Counted from the stretch's first letter, positions 20,667-32,049 are shown. The stretch: DNA of 64,000 nucleotides from a bacterium (GCA_041690355.1 JAWLHK010000025.1:1-64000), one strand, 5' to 3'. The notes: a model not told the origin generated them from the sequence alone. Translations and numbers: made by a program.

Positions 20667-23600
20667 ATGCAAATCGTATGTGAAAAATGTGACGCCAGGT
20701 ATGGCCTGGCCGACGACAAGATCAAACCGTCGGGAACGTCGGTGCGCTGTCCGAAGTGCAACCACGTCTTCAAGGTGTTTCCGCCGGGAGCCGACGCTGC
20801 GGGAGGCGGCGGCGCGACGGTCGCATGCGCGAATTGCGGCAAGGATACGCCGGCGGTCGCAGGGCAGGCGGTCGTTTTCTGCGATACCTGCCGCCAGCAG
20901 ATCGCCGATCCGCAGGGGGCGCCCGCGGCGCCGGCCGCCGGCGCGGCCGCCGACCCCTTTGCGGGAATGGCCGACGCCTTCGGCGGCGACAGCGGTGGTC
21001 TGTTCCAGGACGCCCCCGCGGCCCCCGCGGCCGACCCGTTTGCCGATGCCGCTCCGGCCCCGGCCGCTTCGGGTGGCGGATTGTTCGACGACGAACCGGC
21101 CGGCGCTGCGGCCGACCCCTTCGCTGCGGACGCACCGCCCGCGGGCGGCGGACTGTTTGACGATCAGGCGGCGTCTCCGGCGTCCGGCGGCGGGCTGTTC
21201 GATGACGAACCGGCCGGCCAGTCCGACGGCGGGCTCTTCGACGAGCCGGCGGGCGGCCAGCAGGCCGATCCCTTTGCAGATTTCGATTCGACGCCGGCGA
21301 CCGGCCCGGCCACCAGCAATGCGGCTGACCCGTTCGGTGACTTCGACAGTCAGCCCGAAGACGATTACGGATTCAGCGAAGCCACCCCGACCGGAACGAC
21401 GACGCTCGACACGGTTTCGCAGCCGCAGAGCTTTGCCGACATCGAAGAGCCGGCCGCGGCCCCGGCGCCTGTGCGGGAAAAGACGGCCGTCCAGTTCAAA
21501 CAGCGCGAAGAGTCGGCCAAGGAAAAACTGATCGAGTTCCTGGCCGAGCGCGGCCCCGTCCTGGGCCTGGCCGCCGGCGGCGCGCTCGTGGGCATCGTGC
21601 TTCTGCTCACGGCCGCGCTGGCCTTTCTCCCGGGCACCTTCAACGCGCGCCCCGACAGCGCCGAGAACCCGCCCGGATTCCTGAGCCGCACCAGCTTCTC
21701 ATTGCAGAAGCTCATGAAATCGAGTTACTACGGGCAGGCGATGGAAGACAGCTTCATCGCCTCGGCCCAGCGCGAAGCGCAGACGTGGAACGGACGCGGT
21801 TTTGCGAACGCCGAGAAGGAACTCAACAGCCTGCTCGAGTTTGACCCGGCCAACGAAAGGGCCCGTGCCGAACTCGCCCAGCTGTACGCCACCTGGGGTC
21901 TGGTGGAAGAGGATGCGCGGCACGCCGCCAGGATCGACCAGTTTCTCTCGGCGCCGGGCGTTTCGCCCCATGCCAAGGCGCGCGCGGGGCTGATGCGGGG
22001 CAAGCCGGCCGAGGTTCGGGCGCTTCTCGGGCAGGTTGGCGACGAGGCGCCGCTGTACGAGGCCCTCGCGAATCTGATCACGGTGCCGGCGACCGGCGAA
22101 ACTGCGCCGTCGCCGCAGGCCGCTTTCGCCGCGCTGCGCGAATTCCGCACCGGGCAGCCGAGGCACTTTCTGGGCGCTTTGCTCTATGCGCGCGCACTGC
22201 GCGACGCCGAGAGCTATCCCGAGGCGGTCAGCGCTTACGAACAGGCGGGCGCCATCGTCGGGGGGCACGCCAAGAGCAAGCTTGAAACGGGCCGCCTCTA
22301 CTACCTGCTCGGCGAGAGCGATAAGGCCATGGAGGCTTTCAATCAGGCGCTGGCCGACAAACTCGGCCCCAGCAGCCGCGTGCAGGCCGAGGCCAAGTAC
22401 TACCTCGCGAACATCCTGCACCGCCGCGGTCGCGGTCCCGAAGCGGTGGCCTCGATCCAGACGGCCCTGTCGATCGATCCGACCAATCCGCGCTACCTCG
22501 TGCAGCTCGGCGACATCCACTTCAACAACGGCAAGATCATCGACGCGCACCAGGCCTACGAGAAGGCCATGAAGTCCGATGCGAATTTCGTCGACGCCTA
22601 CATCGGCATGGGCACGACCTCGGAGCGGCTCGACAAGGTCGACGATGCGCGGCGGAACTATGAAAAGGCCATTGCGCTCGACCCGGTCAACGCCCGCGCC
22701 AACTTTCTCTTCGCGGGGCTGATCCTCAAGGAAGGACGCAAACGCGAGGCCGAAGACGTCCTGCGCAAGCTTGTCGAACGCGACCCGACGAACATCGCCG
22801 CCGTCGATAAGCTGGCGCATTTCTACATGGACGACAAGCGGTACAAGGAAGCGCTGGCGCTGTACGATGTCGCCGTCGTCAAGGCCCCGCAGAACCCCGA
22901 TGTCTACGTCGGGCAGGGGGTTGTGCTCATGGCCATGGAGCGGTTGAAGGAGGCCAAGCAGGCCTTTGAGAAAGGGGCGGCGTTCGATCCCGAGAATCCC
23001 GCCGTGCAGTTCCGTCTGGGCCAGGCGGCTTATCTGGAAGGGGACGACGCGATGGCCGAGCGCTCGCTCTCGAAGGCGCTGGCCCGCGACCCCTACCACT
23101 CCGAGGCGCATCTGTACTATGGCATGACGCTCGCCCGGCAGGGCAACCACACAGACGCGCACAAGGAGTTCCAACGTTCGCTCGACGTGAACGTGCGGGC
23201 CGCCGAGGTCTACCGGCAGCGCGGGCTGCTCTACCTCAAGGAATCCAACGCCGAGAGCGACGCCAACAAAGCCTCGATTCTCGTCGAAAAGGCGATCAAG
23301 GAACTCGAGCAGGCCCTCTACTACGACAAGGACAACGCCGATTACTACTTCGACTACGGCATCGTCCTGGACGCCGGGAGCAAGGCGGGTAAGGCGCGCG
23401 ACGCATGGCTGAAAGCGAAGGAATTGCGCCCGGGCTTCAAGGAGGCCATGTTTCACCTCGCCCGCTATTACGTCTCGTTCACGGATTACAAGGCCGCCGA
23501 AGGCACGCTGAACGAAGTGCTCGCCAAGTCACCGAACGACGCCCGCGCCCACTTGGAGATGGGCAAGGTCTACTTCGCCACGAACCGCCTCGACAAGGCC

Positions 23601-23903
23601 CGCAGCACGCTGCTCAAGGCGATTCGCCTGAACGGAAAGCTGGCCGACGCCTATGAGCTTCTGGGCGAGGTTTATAACCGCGAGGGCAAGTACAACGAAG
23701 CCGTCGGCTACTTCCAGAAGGCGCTGAAGGCCGACCCGAAACACGGCGTCGCCTATTTCCAGCTCGCCCTGTACTACAAGGATCGTGATCCGGCCAAGGC
23801 GAAGCAGATGTTCAACCGCGCCATCGGCACGAGCACGCTCTCGCGGGAGAAGGTCGAAGAGGCCCAGCTGCTGTTGAAGGAACTCGATTACGTCAAGCGC
23901 TGA
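20667..23903 (+). CDS. MJ0042-type zinc-ribbon, single-TM, TPR-repeat protein
   Basis: M.I.CEKC.ARY...D.KI...G..VRCPKC...F, second CxxC/CxxC ribbon, acidic low-complexity linker, one TM, long TPR array. Confidence 0.88.
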   Translation: MQIVCEKCDARYGLADDKIKPSGTSVRCPKCNHVFKVFPPGADAAGGGGATVACANCGKDTPAVAGQAVVFCDTCRQQIADPQGAPAAPAAGAAADPFAGMADAFGGDSGGLFQDAPAAPAADPFADAAPAPAASGGGLFDDEPAGAAADPFAADAPPAGGGLFDDQAASPASGGGLFDDEPAGQSDGGLFDEPAGGQQADPFADFDSTPATGPATSNAADPFGDFDSQPEDDYGFSEATPTGTTTLDTVSQPQSFADIEEPAAAPAPVREKTAVQFKQREESAKEKLIEFLAERGPVLGLAAGGALVGIVLLLTAALAFLPGTFNARPDSAENPPGFLSRTSFSLQKLMKSSYYGQAMEDSFIASAQREAQTWNGRGFANAEKELNSLLEFDPANERARAELAQLYATWGLVEEDARHAARIDQFLSAPGVSPHAKARAGLMRGKPAEVRALLGQVGDEAPLYEALANLITVPATGETAPSPQAAFAALREFRTGQPRHFLGALLYARALRDAESYPEAVSAYEQAGAIVGGHAKSKLETGRLYYLLGESDKAMEAFNQALADKLGPSSRVQAEAKYYLANILHRRGRGPEAVASIQTALSIDPTNPRYLVQLGDIHFNNGKIIDAHQAYEKAMKSDANFVDAYIGMGTTSERLDKVDDARRNYEKAIALDPVNARANFLFAGLILKEGRKREAEDVLRKLVERDPTNIAAVDKLAHFYMDDKRYKEALALYDVAVVKAPQNPDVYVGQGVVLMAMERLKEAKQAFEKGAAFDPENPAVQFRLGQAAYLEGDDAMAERSLSKALARDPYHSEAHLYYGMTLARQGNHTDAHKEFQRSLDVNVRAAEVYRQRGLLYLKESNAESDANKASILVEKAIKELEQALYYDKDNADYYFDYGIVLDAGSKAGKARDAWLKAKELRPGFKEAMFHLARYYVSFTDYKAAEGTLNEVLAKSPNDARAHLEMGKVYFATNRLDKARSTLLKAIRLNGKLADAYELLGEVYNREGKYNEAVGYFQKALKADPKHGVAYFQLALYYKDRDPAKAKQMFNRAIGTSTLSREKVEEAQLLLKELDYVKR

Positions 23904-24018
23904 CGGACGGCCGGGGAGGCGGGGGCGGCCGGGCCGCCGGTGAACCGCTCCCGGATCCAGAGCCGGCCGGTGGAGACGTCTGCGAACGTTCTGTTACCAT
24001 GACGGATCGGGGTCTTTC

Positions 24019-24885
24019 ATGGTTGAATCCGCATCTGCCTGGCTCGGCTTTCTGGCCTTCAGCGCCGCCTCGTTCGTGCTCATCCTCGCGATGAAGCGCG
24101 ACGGCCGGCCTCCGTTCGGCATCGGCTGGGCGCTGATGATCGTCGGCGGCGTCGCAGACCTCACCTACATGGCCTCGGCGACGCTGCGCCTCGGCGCCTT
24201 TCCGATCGTGAACCCGTGGGTCGGTGCGGCCTTTCTCAGCTTTCTGCTGGCCATGTTCGCCGCCGTCGTCTGGCTGCGGCACCGGCAGCCCGCTTTTCTC
24301 GTGGGGGTGGCGCCGGTCGCGGCCCTGTTCGATCTGCTCGCCGCCGTGAAGCCGGTGCGCGCCGAAGATCTGGCCGTCTTCGCCCGGCAGCTGTCGGTGC
24401 TCCAGCCCGACGTGCCGAACGCCGGCGAGATGATTCTCGGCAGTGTCTGGTTTCCGCTGCACGTCACGCTGGCGCTGTCTGCCTACGCGCTCTTCGCGCT
24501 GGCGGCGATCATGGGGCTGCTGCATCTGACGCTGTTGCGCGCGCTCAAGGAAAAGCGCCTCTCCGACATGAAGTACCTGCCGCCGCTGCCCGTCGTCGAG
24601 CACGTCGGCGTACACAGTGTCATCATCGGCATGGTCGCTCTGCTCACGGCCCTCGTCATCGGCGCCTGGGGAGCGCGTAACGTGCTCCAGAGCCACTGGC
24701 TGGGTGATCCGAAGGAAGTGGCCGGCCTCGTCATTCTCTTTCTCTACGGGCTTATCGAGGCCTCGCGCGCCCTGCGGCACTGGAGCGGCCGGCGCACGGC
24801 CCTGGCGCACGTGGGGGCGTTTCTGATTCTGCTCGCGGTGTTTCTCGGCAGCAGCGTATGGGCGCCCAAACTGCACGGTTTCTGA
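24019..24885 (+). CDS. ccsA: Cytochrome c assembly protein (CcsA/HemX family)
   Basis: Multi-TM; W..LHV..A...YA.F; G..W and W..DPKE motif; directly upstream of hemA. Confidence 0.82.
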   Translation: MVESASAWLGFLAFSAASFVLILAMKRDGRPPFGIGWALMIVGGVADLTYMASATLRLGAFPIVNPWVGAAFLSFLLAMFAAVVWLRHRQPAFLVGVAPVAALFDLLAAVKPVRAEDLAVFARQLSVLQPDVPNAGEMILGSVWFPLHVTLALSAYALFALAAIMGLLHLTLLRALKEKRLSDMKYLPPLPVVEHVGVHSVIIGMVALLTALVIGAWGARNVLQSHWLGDPKEVAGLVILFLYGLIEASRALRHWSGRRTALAHVGAFLILLAVFLGSSVWAPKLHGF

Positions 24886-26198
24886 TGGATCTCGTCGTCG
24901 TCGGTCTCAACCACCGGACCTCGTCCGTCGATCTGCGCGAGCGGCTCGCCATGGATCTCGAAGCGGGCAACGGCCTGATCCGGAGCCTGAAGGCCTCCGG
25001 CGCGCTCGCCGAGGGGATGGTCGTGTCAACCTGCAACCGCGTCGAGGTCTATGCGGTCACCGGCGATACCGAGGAGGCGCCGGCGAAGATCTCCGATGCG
25101 CTCGCCCAGGCGAGCGGCTTGCAGGGGGCAGAAGTTTTTCCTGCGCTCTACGCGCACCGGACGCACGAGGCGGTCGCCCATCTGTTTCGCGTTGTGGCCA
25201 GCCTCGACTCACTCGTCATCGGCGAGCCGCAGATTCTCGGCCAGATCAAGCAGTCCTTTGCGGCCGCGCAGGAAGCCGGACTGAGCGGACCCACGCTGCA
25301 CCGCATCCTCGAACGTGCCTTCTCGGTGGCCAAGCGGGTGCGCAACGAAACGCAGATTGCACGCCTGGCGGTCTCCATCAGCAGCGTCGCCGTCGATCTG
25401 GCCCGCAAGATCTTCGGGCGGCTCGATCGCCAGACCGCGATGCTGGTCGGGGCCGGCGAGATGGCGGAGCTGGCGGCGCGCCACTTCGACGGCGCCGGCG
25501 TGCGCAAGCTCGTCATCCTCAACCGGACCTACGAACGCGCCGCCGCGCTGGCGCAGGAGTTCGGGGCCGCGGCGGTGCCCTTCGAGCGGCTCACCTCGGC
25601 ACTGGCCGACGCCGACATCGCCGTCTTCTCGGCAGGGGCGACGCACTATCTGCTGCGACGTGAAGACCTGCACGGCCTCATGCGGCAGCGCCGGCAACGT
25701 CCCCTGTTTCTCATCGACATCGCCGTGCCGCGGAACATCGATCCCGCCTGCGCCGATGAAGAGAACGTCTTTCTCTACGACATCGACGACCTGCAGCAGA
25801 TCGCCGATGAGAACCGGTCCATCCGCGAAGACGAAGCCGAGGTCGCGGCGCGCATCGTCGCCGAAGAGGCCGGGAAACATCAGGCCTGGCTCGTGACCCG
25901 GCGGGCCTTTCCGGTGATCGCGCGCCTGACGGCCCGCGCCGAGCAGCTGCGCCGCGCCGAACTCGAGCGCACGTTACGCGACCTGCAGGCGACGCCGGAG
26001 GTGGCCGAGAAGCTCGACCTGATGACGGCGGCCCTCGTACGCAAACTGCTGCACGAGCCGATTCAGGCCGTGCGCAACGCACAGGCCGTCGACGACGTGC
26101 AGACGCTCGACGCCGTGCGCCGCCTTTTCGACCTGGGCGAAGAAGCCGCGCCGCAGGAATCCGTAACCCTCCCCGACACGGAGCGCAGAAAAGCATGA
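24885..26198 (+). CDS. hemA: Glutamyl-tRNA reductase
   Basis: GLNHRT, STCNRVE, SLDSLVIGEPQILGQIK, GAGEM, DIAVPRNID. Confidence 0.98.
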   Translation: MDLVVVGLNHRTSSVDLRERLAMDLEAGNGLIRSLKASGALAEGMVVSTCNRVEVYAVTGDTEEAPAKISDALAQASGLQGAEVFPALYAHRTHEAVAHLFRVVASLDSLVIGEPQILGQIKQSFAAAQEAGLSGPTLHRILERAFSVAKRVRNETQIARLAVSISSVAVDLARKIFGRLDRQTAMLVGAGEMAELAARHFDGAGVRKLVILNRTYERAAALAQEFGAAAVPFERLTSALADADIAVFSAGATHYLLRREDLHGLMRQRRQRPLFLIDIAVPRNIDPACADEENVFLYDIDDLQQIADENRSIREDEAEVAARIVAEEAGKHQAWLVTRRAFPVIARLTARAEQLRRAELERTLRDLQATPEVAEKLDLMTAALVRKLLHEPIQAVRNAQAVDDVQTLDAVRRLFDLGEEAAPQESVTLPDTERRKA

Positions 26199-27118
26199 CC
26201 CGCGTGCGCATCGGAACCCGGCGCAGCAACCTGGCGCTCTGGCAGGCCAACCACGTGGCGCGCCTTCTGAAGGCGACCCATGAGGCGGTCGACGTCGAAA
26301 TCGTGCCCTTCGTCACCGAGGGAGACCGCAATCTCTCGGGGCCGCTCTACCGCTCGGGCGGCAAGGGGCTGTTCATCAAGGAACTCGAGGTGGCGCTCGA
26401 GCGCGGCGACGTCGACCTCGCCGTGCACTCCATGAAGGACGTGCCCGGGCATCTGCCGGCGGGGTTCGAAATCGCCGCCGTTCCCGAGCGCGAAGTTCCC
26501 TACGACGCGCTGATCACCACGGGTGGCAAGCAGATCGGCGATCTGCGCAAGGGGGCGATCATCGGAACGGCGAGCCCGCGGCGCGGCGCCCAGTTCAAAC
26601 AGCTGCGCCCCGACGTGCAGATCGTTTCGCTGCGCGGCAGCGTCGAGACCCGGCTGCGCCGGCTTGAAGAAGGCGCCTTCGACGCGACCCTGCTCGCCTG
26701 CGCGGGGCTGAAACGACTGGGGCTCGAAGCCCACATCAGCGAAGTGCTTCTGCCGCCCCGCTTCGTTCCGGCCGTCGGCCAGGGTGCGCTCGCGCTGGAG
26801 GTTCGCGCCGGCGACGCGCGGCTGCAGGAGCTCGTGCGCCCGCTGCACCACGCCGAAACGGCCGACGCCGTCGCGGCCGAGCGGGGCTTCATGGCCCGGC
26901 TCGAAGGGGGCTGCTCGCTCCCGGTCGCGGCCCACGCCGTGATCGAGGGGAATGAGGTCGCGCTCGAGGCGCGCATTCTGATGCCGGACGGAAGCCGGAT
27001 GATCGGCGAGTCAATCCGGGGACCGCGCGCCGACGCCGAGGCGCTCGGCCGGAGCATCGCCGAACGTATGCTCGCGGCCGGCGGAGAGGAGATTCTCGCC
27101 GCATGCCTGCAGGAGTGA
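26195..27118 (+). CDS. hemC: Hydroxymethylbilane synthase
   Basis: IGTRRS.LALWQA, GKGLFIKELE, AVHSMKD, PAVGQGAL, LEGGCSLP. Confidence 0.98.
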   Translation: MTRVRIGTRRSNLALWQANHVARLLKATHEAVDVEIVPFVTEGDRNLSGPLYRSGGKGLFIKELEVALERGDVDLAVHSMKDVPGHLPAGFEIAAVPEREVPYDALITTGGKQIGDLRKGAIIGTASPRRGAQFKQLRPDVQIVSLRGSVETRLRRLEEGAFDATLLACAGLKRLGLEAHISEVLLPPRFVPAVGQGALALEVRAGDARLQELVRPLHHAETADAVAAERGFMARLEGGCSLPVAAHAVIEGNEVALEARILMPDGSRMIGESIRGPRADAEALGRSIAERMLAAGGEEILAACLQE

Positions 27119-28662
27119 AACGCAGCGCCGGCATGGCCTGGCTCGTCGGCGCCGGGCCGGGCGACCTCAAGCTGCTCACGCTGCGCGCCCGCGAGGTGCT
27201 CGAGCGGGCCGACGTTGTCGTCTACGATTTTCTCGCCAATGCCCGCCTGCTTGAACTGGCGCCACCGCGGGCGCGCAAGGTGTATGTGGGTAAGCAGAGC
27301 GGCCGGCATACGCTCTCGCAGGCTGAGATCAACGCGCTGCTGGTGCGCCAGGTCGCGCGCGGCAAGCGGGTGGTGCGGCTCAAGGGGGGCGACCCGTATC
27401 TCTTCGGACGCGGCGGCGAAGAGGGGCGGGCACTGCACGAGGCGGGCTTGCCGTTCGAGGTCATTCCGGGCATTGCTTCGGCGCTGGCGGTGCCCGCCTA
27501 TGCCGGCATTCCCGTCACGGAACGCAACCGTTCGGCATCGCTCGCCATCGTGACCGGACACGAGCACACGGGCAAGGATACGAGCGGCGTGGACTTCTCC
27601 GGCCTCGCGCGCATGGGGACGGTCGTGTTTCTCATGGGCATGAAGCGGCTGCGCGAGAACCTGGGCCGGCTGGCCGCCGCGGGTGCGCCGGGGGATCGCC
27701 CCGCCGCCGCCATCCAATGGGGGACGCGTCCCCAGCAACGGACGGTCACCGGCACGGTCGCCACGCTGGCTGACGAGGTGGAACGGGCGGGCCTGGGCTC
27801 GCCGGCCATCGTCATCGTCGGCGATGTCGTCGGATTGCGCCCGCAGCTCGACTGGTTCGAGCAGCGCCCCTGGTTCGGCCGTCGCATCGTCACGACGCGC
27901 CCGCGGGAATCCGAAGTCGATCTGCTCGACGAGCTCGAACACAACGGCGCTCATGTCGTCAGCGTGCCGACGATCGCCATCGCGGAACCCGAGGATTACG
28001 CTTCGCTCGATCGGGGCATCCGGCGCATCGGGCGCTACGACGGCCTCGTGTTCACGAGCGGGAATGGCGTGGAGCATTTTTTTTCGCGCCTGCGCCATCA
28101 CGGTAAAGACGCCCGCGCGCTGGCCGGGCTGCGCGTCGCCTGTGTCGGGCCCGCCACCGCGGCGGCGCTCGAGCGCCAGGGCGTGACGGCCGACGTGGTT
28201 CCCACCCGGCACCGCTCTGCGGCGCTCGCCGACGCCTTCGGGCGCTGGCTGCGGGGAAAAGCGCTGCTGCTCGTGCGCGCCGAAGAGGGGAGCGAAGACT
28301 TTCCCGAAGAAGCGCGCCGCCGGGGCGCCCGGGTCGATCTGGCCGTGGCCTACCGTACCGTGGGGGCGCGCCGGCCGCGTGCTCTCGAGCTGATCGGTCC
28401 GGACGGTTCGGCTCCGGATCTGATTCTCTTCGCCTCGGGGTCTGCCGTGCGCGGTTTTGCCGGCATGCTGCGCCGCGACGAAAAGCGGGCCCTGCGCGGC
28501 GCCCCGTGCGCCTGCATCGGACCGGTCACGGCCGCTGCCGCCCGCGAACACGGTTTTGTGCCGGCCGTCGTGCCGGCCACGAGCACGCTGCCGGCGCTGG
28601 TGGCCGCGATGGAAGCGTATTTTGCCGGAAAGGAAAACGAGGTTTCCGATGGAATTGGTTGA
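27103..28662 (+). CDS. cobA: Fused uroporphyrinogen-III C-methyltransferase / uroporphyrinogen-III synthase (CobA-HemD)
   Basis: [22 protein letters not shown], then a HemD domain (FTSGNGV, CVGP.TA, F.S.S.V, CIGP.TA). Confidence 0.95.
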   Translation: MPAGVKRSAGMAWLVGAGPGDLKLLTLRAREVLERADVVVYDFLANARLLELAPPRARKVYVGKQSGRHTLSQAEINALLVRQVARGKRVVRLKGGDPYLFGRGGEEGRALHEAGLPFEVIPGIASALAVPAYAGIPVTERNRSASLAIVTGHEHTGKDTSGVDFSGLARMGTVVFLMGMKRLRENLGRLAAAGAPGDRPAAAIQWGTRPQQRTVTGTVATLADEVERAGLGSPAIVIVGDVVGLRPQLDWFEQRPWFGRRIVTTRPRESEVDLLDELEHNGAHVVSVPTIAIAEPEDYASLDRGIRRIGRYDGLVFTSGNGVEHFFSRLRHHGKDARALAGLRVACVGPATAAALERQGVTADVVPTRHRSAALADAFGRWLRGKALLLVRAEEGSEDFPEEARRRGARVDLAVAYRTVGARRPRALELIGPDGSAPDLILFASGSAVRGFAGMLRRDEKRALRGAPCACIGPVTAAAAREHGFVPAVVPATSTLPALVAAMEAYFAGKENEVSDGIG

Positions 28663-29626
28663 GCGTCCCCGCCGTCTGCGGCGCACCGCGGTCCTGCGCG
28701 ACATGGTCCGCGAAACCCGGCTTCATCCGCGGCAGCTGATCCAGCCCCTGTTTCTGTCCGAGGGCGACCGGGTCGAGCCCATCGGCTCGCTTCCCGGAAT
28801 TTCGCGCTGGCCCGTGGCGTCCATCGGCGAAGAGGCGCGCCGGCTCGCCGGCCTGGGCATTGGCGGCGTGCTGCTCTTCGGCATTCCCCGCGACAAGGAC
28901 CCCCTCGGCGCGTCGGCCGACGCACCCGACGGGGTCGTCCAGCGCGGCATCCGGGCCATCCGTGAGGCGGTCGGCAGCGGGCTCGTCGTCATCACCGACG
29001 TCTGTCTGTGCGAATACACCGACCATGGCCACTGCGGCATTCTGCGCGACGGCGAAGTACTCAACGACGAGACCGTCGAGCGCTTGACCCGCATCGCCGT
29101 GAGCCATGCCCGGGCGGGGGCCGACGTCGTGGCCCCCAGCGACATGATGGACGGCCGCGTCGGCGCCATTCGCGAGGCGCTTGACGACGCCGGCTACACG
29201 GGCATCCCGATTCTTTCGTATGCCGTCAAGTATGCGAGCGCGTTCTACGGACCCTTTCGCGACGCGGCCCAGAGCACGCCGGCCTTCGGCGATCGGCGCG
29301 GTGCTCAGATGGATCCGGCCAATGCGCGCGAGGCCCTGCGCGAGGCGGCGCTCGATGTCGAGCAGGGGGCCGACATGATCATGGTCAAGCCGGGACTGCC
29401 GTACCTGGACATCGTGCGGCTGCTGCGCGAGAGCTTCAACGTGCCCATCGCCGCCTATCACGTGAGCGGTGAGTACGCGATGGTCAAGGCCGCCGAGGCC
29501 AAGGGATGGATCGACGGCAGGGCGGTCATGCTCGAATCGCTGCTCGGCCTGCGCCGCGCCGGCGCCGATATGATCATCACCTACGCGGCGGCCGAAGCAG
29601 CCGGCTGGCTGCGCGAACAGGGCTGA
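28649..29626 (+). CDS. hemB: Porphobilinogen synthase
   Basis: [51 protein letters not shown]. Confidence 0.98.
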   Translation: MELVERPRRLRRTAVLRDMVRETRLHPRQLIQPLFLSEGDRVEPIGSLPGISRWPVASIGEEARRLAGLGIGGVLLFGIPRDKDPLGASADAPDGVVQRGIRAIREAVGSGLVVITDVCLCEYTDHGHCGILRDGEVLNDETVERLTRIAVSHARAGADVVAPSDMMDGRVGAIREALDDAGYTGIPILSYAVKYASAFYGPFRDAAQSTPAFGDRRGAQMDPANAREALREAALDVEQGADMIMVKPGLPYLDIVRLLRESFNVPIAAYHVSGEYAMVKAAEAKGWIDGRAVMLESLLGLRRAGADMIITYAAAEAAGWLREQG

Positions 29627-29737
29627 CGGGAAATCGGCACATCCCCTCCACACGTCGGCGCTCCCGAGGCCTGCGCCGTGCATATCGTGGGCGCCGAACC
29701 GGTCCCGGCGGGCGCCGAGTTGCGGTAAAATCGGAAG

Positions 29738-30850
29738 ATGGAGTTCGATCAATCGCTCGAGACGCGCATCCTGTTGCGGAATGCGTTGCGCCTCGGGGTC
29801 TCCGGGCAGGCGCGCGACGAAGCCGCCCTGGCCGAGGGGATTCGCAGGCGTCTTGCCGAGCTCGGGTTCGTCGAGTCGACACGCTGCGGCCACTGTCGGC
29901 GGGCCATGCCCGACTTCGGCGTCTGCCCCTATTGTTCTGCCCCGAACACCGCACAGACGGTGCGTAGCGCCCCATCCGATTTCGTCGCTCCGGAGCCCCC
30001 CCGGTTGCGCGAGCGGTTTCACCCCGGCCGCCTGACCGACATCCTGGTTCAGCCGTTCTTCTGGGTCGTGCTGCTGCTGGCCACGGCCCCGATGGTGCTC
30101 AAGTTCTTCGGCCTCGACGAAAAGTGGATGTTCGTCTTCTTCTCGTTACTGTGGGCCTACGTCTTCTTCAAGGTGGCCGGCGCGCCGCCGGGGTTGTGGA
30201 AGGCGGCGGCCGCGGGCTATGTGTTCACGGGCATGTTCGCCCTGCCGCTGCTCGTGACGTGGATTTCCATCCCGCCGCACCCGGTCGAGGCGCTGCTGGC
30301 GAGCGGCAATGGGCTGCTGCGCTTTCTCGGCTTCACGCTGGGGGTCGGTGTGCGCGAAGAGCTGGCCAAGATGCTGGTCATCGTGTGGATGGCCCATTTC
30401 CGCGTCGGGGGGCGCCCGGTGCTCACGCGGCCGATCGATGCGCTGCTCGTCGGCTCGGTGGCCGGCCTGGGCTTCGCAGCCATCGAGAACATGGACTATC
30501 TGGAGCGCTTTCAGTTTCTCGACCGGGTCCACTACACCTTCGGCATGTACGCCGACAACCTGAGTTTCCGCGGGAGCATGAGCCGGGTCATGCTCACCCC
30601 ATTCGTGCACGCGGTCTGGGCGGGGGTGCTGGCCTGGTTCACGATGGGGGCGCTCCAGGTGCGCGGACGTGCGGGGTGGCGTCTTTTCGGGACGGGTCTG
30701 TTCATCGCGGCGGGCCTGCACGGCCTGTACGATTTCGTGGCGGGCGTTCCCGATGCCGAGCTGCTGCTCGTGCTGGTGGTGGGCGTCTCGTTCGCGGCCT
30801 GGATGGCCTGCCTGGGCGGTGAGCAGAGTTCAGCCCGGTCGTCCGTCTGA
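29738..30850 (+). CDS. PrsW family intramembrane glutamic-type protease with N-terminal zinc ribbon
   Basis: REELAK, GLGFAAIEN, HAVW, LHGLYD; CGHC...CPYC near the N-terminus. Confidence 0.85.
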   Translation: MEFDQSLETRILLRNALRLGVSGQARDEAALAEGIRRRLAELGFVESTRCGHCRRAMPDFGVCPYCSAPNTAQTVRSAPSDFVAPEPPRLRERFHPGRLTDILVQPFFWVVLLLATAPMVLKFFGLDEKWMFVFFSLLWAYVFFKVAGAPPGLWKAAAAGYVFTGMFALPLLVTWISIPPHPVEALLASGNGLLRFLGFTLGVGVREELAKMLVIVWMAHFRVGGRPVLTRPIDALLVGSVAGLGFAAIENMDYLERFQFLDRVHYTFGMYADNLSFRGSMSRVMLTPFVHAVWAGVLAWFTMGALQVRGRAGWRLFGTGLFIAAGLHGLYDFVAGVPDAELLLVLVVGVSFAAWMACLGGEQSSARSSV

Positions 30851-31243
30851 GGAGATACCGAGATGCGTCGTCAGGGCTTCGCGGGTTTCACCTTCGTCAC
30901 CCCACGGGATGCCGGCGAAGTACCAGCCTTCGAGCGCCCCGTTCGTGTGAAAGCGGGCGAGGTCGGGCCGGAGTCCGGCTTGCTGCATCCACTCCACGTC
31001 CCGGGCGTGAATGACGACGGCCGCCAACGCGGGGCCGGTGTCGAGGCCCAGAAAACCGACGTCATGCTCTTCGGTGAGTACGACACAGGGGGCGGCGCCC
31101 CGCGGCGTCGGGAGCGCGATGCGGTGGACGCCGGGGAACAGGAGGGTGCGGGTCCACGGCGCATCCGGAACGGGGCCATGGGCGGCGCACCCTTCTTCCA
31201 TGGCGACCGAGAGCTTGATTTCAACCAGTTCGTATTCCCGCAC
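30830..31243 (-). CDS. Hypothetical protein
   Basis: 137-aa ORF with host-like codons; GGAG before GTG; co-oriented with the upstream gene. Confidence 0.5.
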   Translation of the reverse strand: MREYELVEIKLSVAMEEGCAAHGPVPDAPWTRTLLFPGVHRIALPTPRGAAPCVVLTEEHDVGFLGLDTGPALAAVVIHARDVEWMQQAGLRPDLARFHTNGALEGWYFAGIPWGDEGETREALTTHLGISSDGRPG

Positions 31244-31272
31244 GCTCCGTCACCGGTAAAGGTCCGTTTTCC

Positions 31273-31983
31273 TCAGGGCTGTGCGGCGATGCGCTCGACG
31301 CGCAACTGCACTGCTTTGGAATTCGGAAAGTAACTCAGCGTCGCGCGCCCCGGCTTCTCCTGCCAGACGGCGGCGCGATCCTGGTTCACGTCGGCCGGTT
31401 CGTTCACGGCCACCGGACGGCCCCAGTGCCCTGCGAGCTTCTCGCGCAGTACTTTGTAGAGCTCGCGGTCGGGCCCGGGTTCGTAAATCCCCTCGCTGAA
31501 GAGGCAGACCATGGATTCGAGCCCGTTCGCAGCCTGGAATTCATAGAGAATCGTCGCCCGGTAGCCTTCGCAGACATCGCGAATGAACCAGACGCCGTTG
31601 CCGCGTTCGAGCAGGGGACGCTCACCGTAGCGTGCCTGCACGGTGTTTTGCGTATCGCCCCAGAGCATGGGGCCGAGGCCGGTAATCGGCGGACGGGCGG
31701 GCTGGGCCACGGGTGCGACGGCCGGCGGCTGGGGCTTCGGGGCCGTATTGGAACGCACGGTGATGCCTTGAATCGGCGGGGCCGCCGGCGCGGGGGCGGG
31801 GGCTGCCGGAGCCGGCGAAACGGGGGTCGCGACGGTAATGTCGTCGACCACGCCCTCTTCGTCGTCGGGGCCGACGGGCTCTTCGGTGAGGGCCGGGTCG
31901 ACGTCTTCGACGAGCGGCTCTTCGACCTCGGGAAATTCGGGGTCGGCCGTGGCAAGCAGAAGGGTGACCAGCAGTACGTTCAT
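31273..31983 (-). CDS. Hypothetical exported protein (acidic/Pro-rich linker plus a C-terminal domain)
   Basis: MNVLLVTLLLA leader; AGGA SD; ordered C-terminal region. Confidence 0.6.
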   Translation of the reverse strand: MNVLLVTLLLATADPEFPEVEEPLVEDVDPALTEEPVGPDDEEGVVDDITVATPVSPAPAAPAPAPAAPPIQGITVRSNTAPKPQPPAVAPVAQPARPPITGLGPMLWGDTQNTVQARYGERPLLERGNGVWFIRDVCEGYRATILYEFQAANGLESMVCLFSEGIYEPGPDRELYKVLREKLAGHWGRPVAVNEPADVNQDRAAVWQEKPGRATLSYFPNSKAVQLRVERIAAQP

Positions 31984-32049
31984 GGCATGTCCTGAAAAGG
32001 TGCTTTTATGATACTTGGGGGGCGGGGGCTCTGCAAAGCGGGGCCTGAG

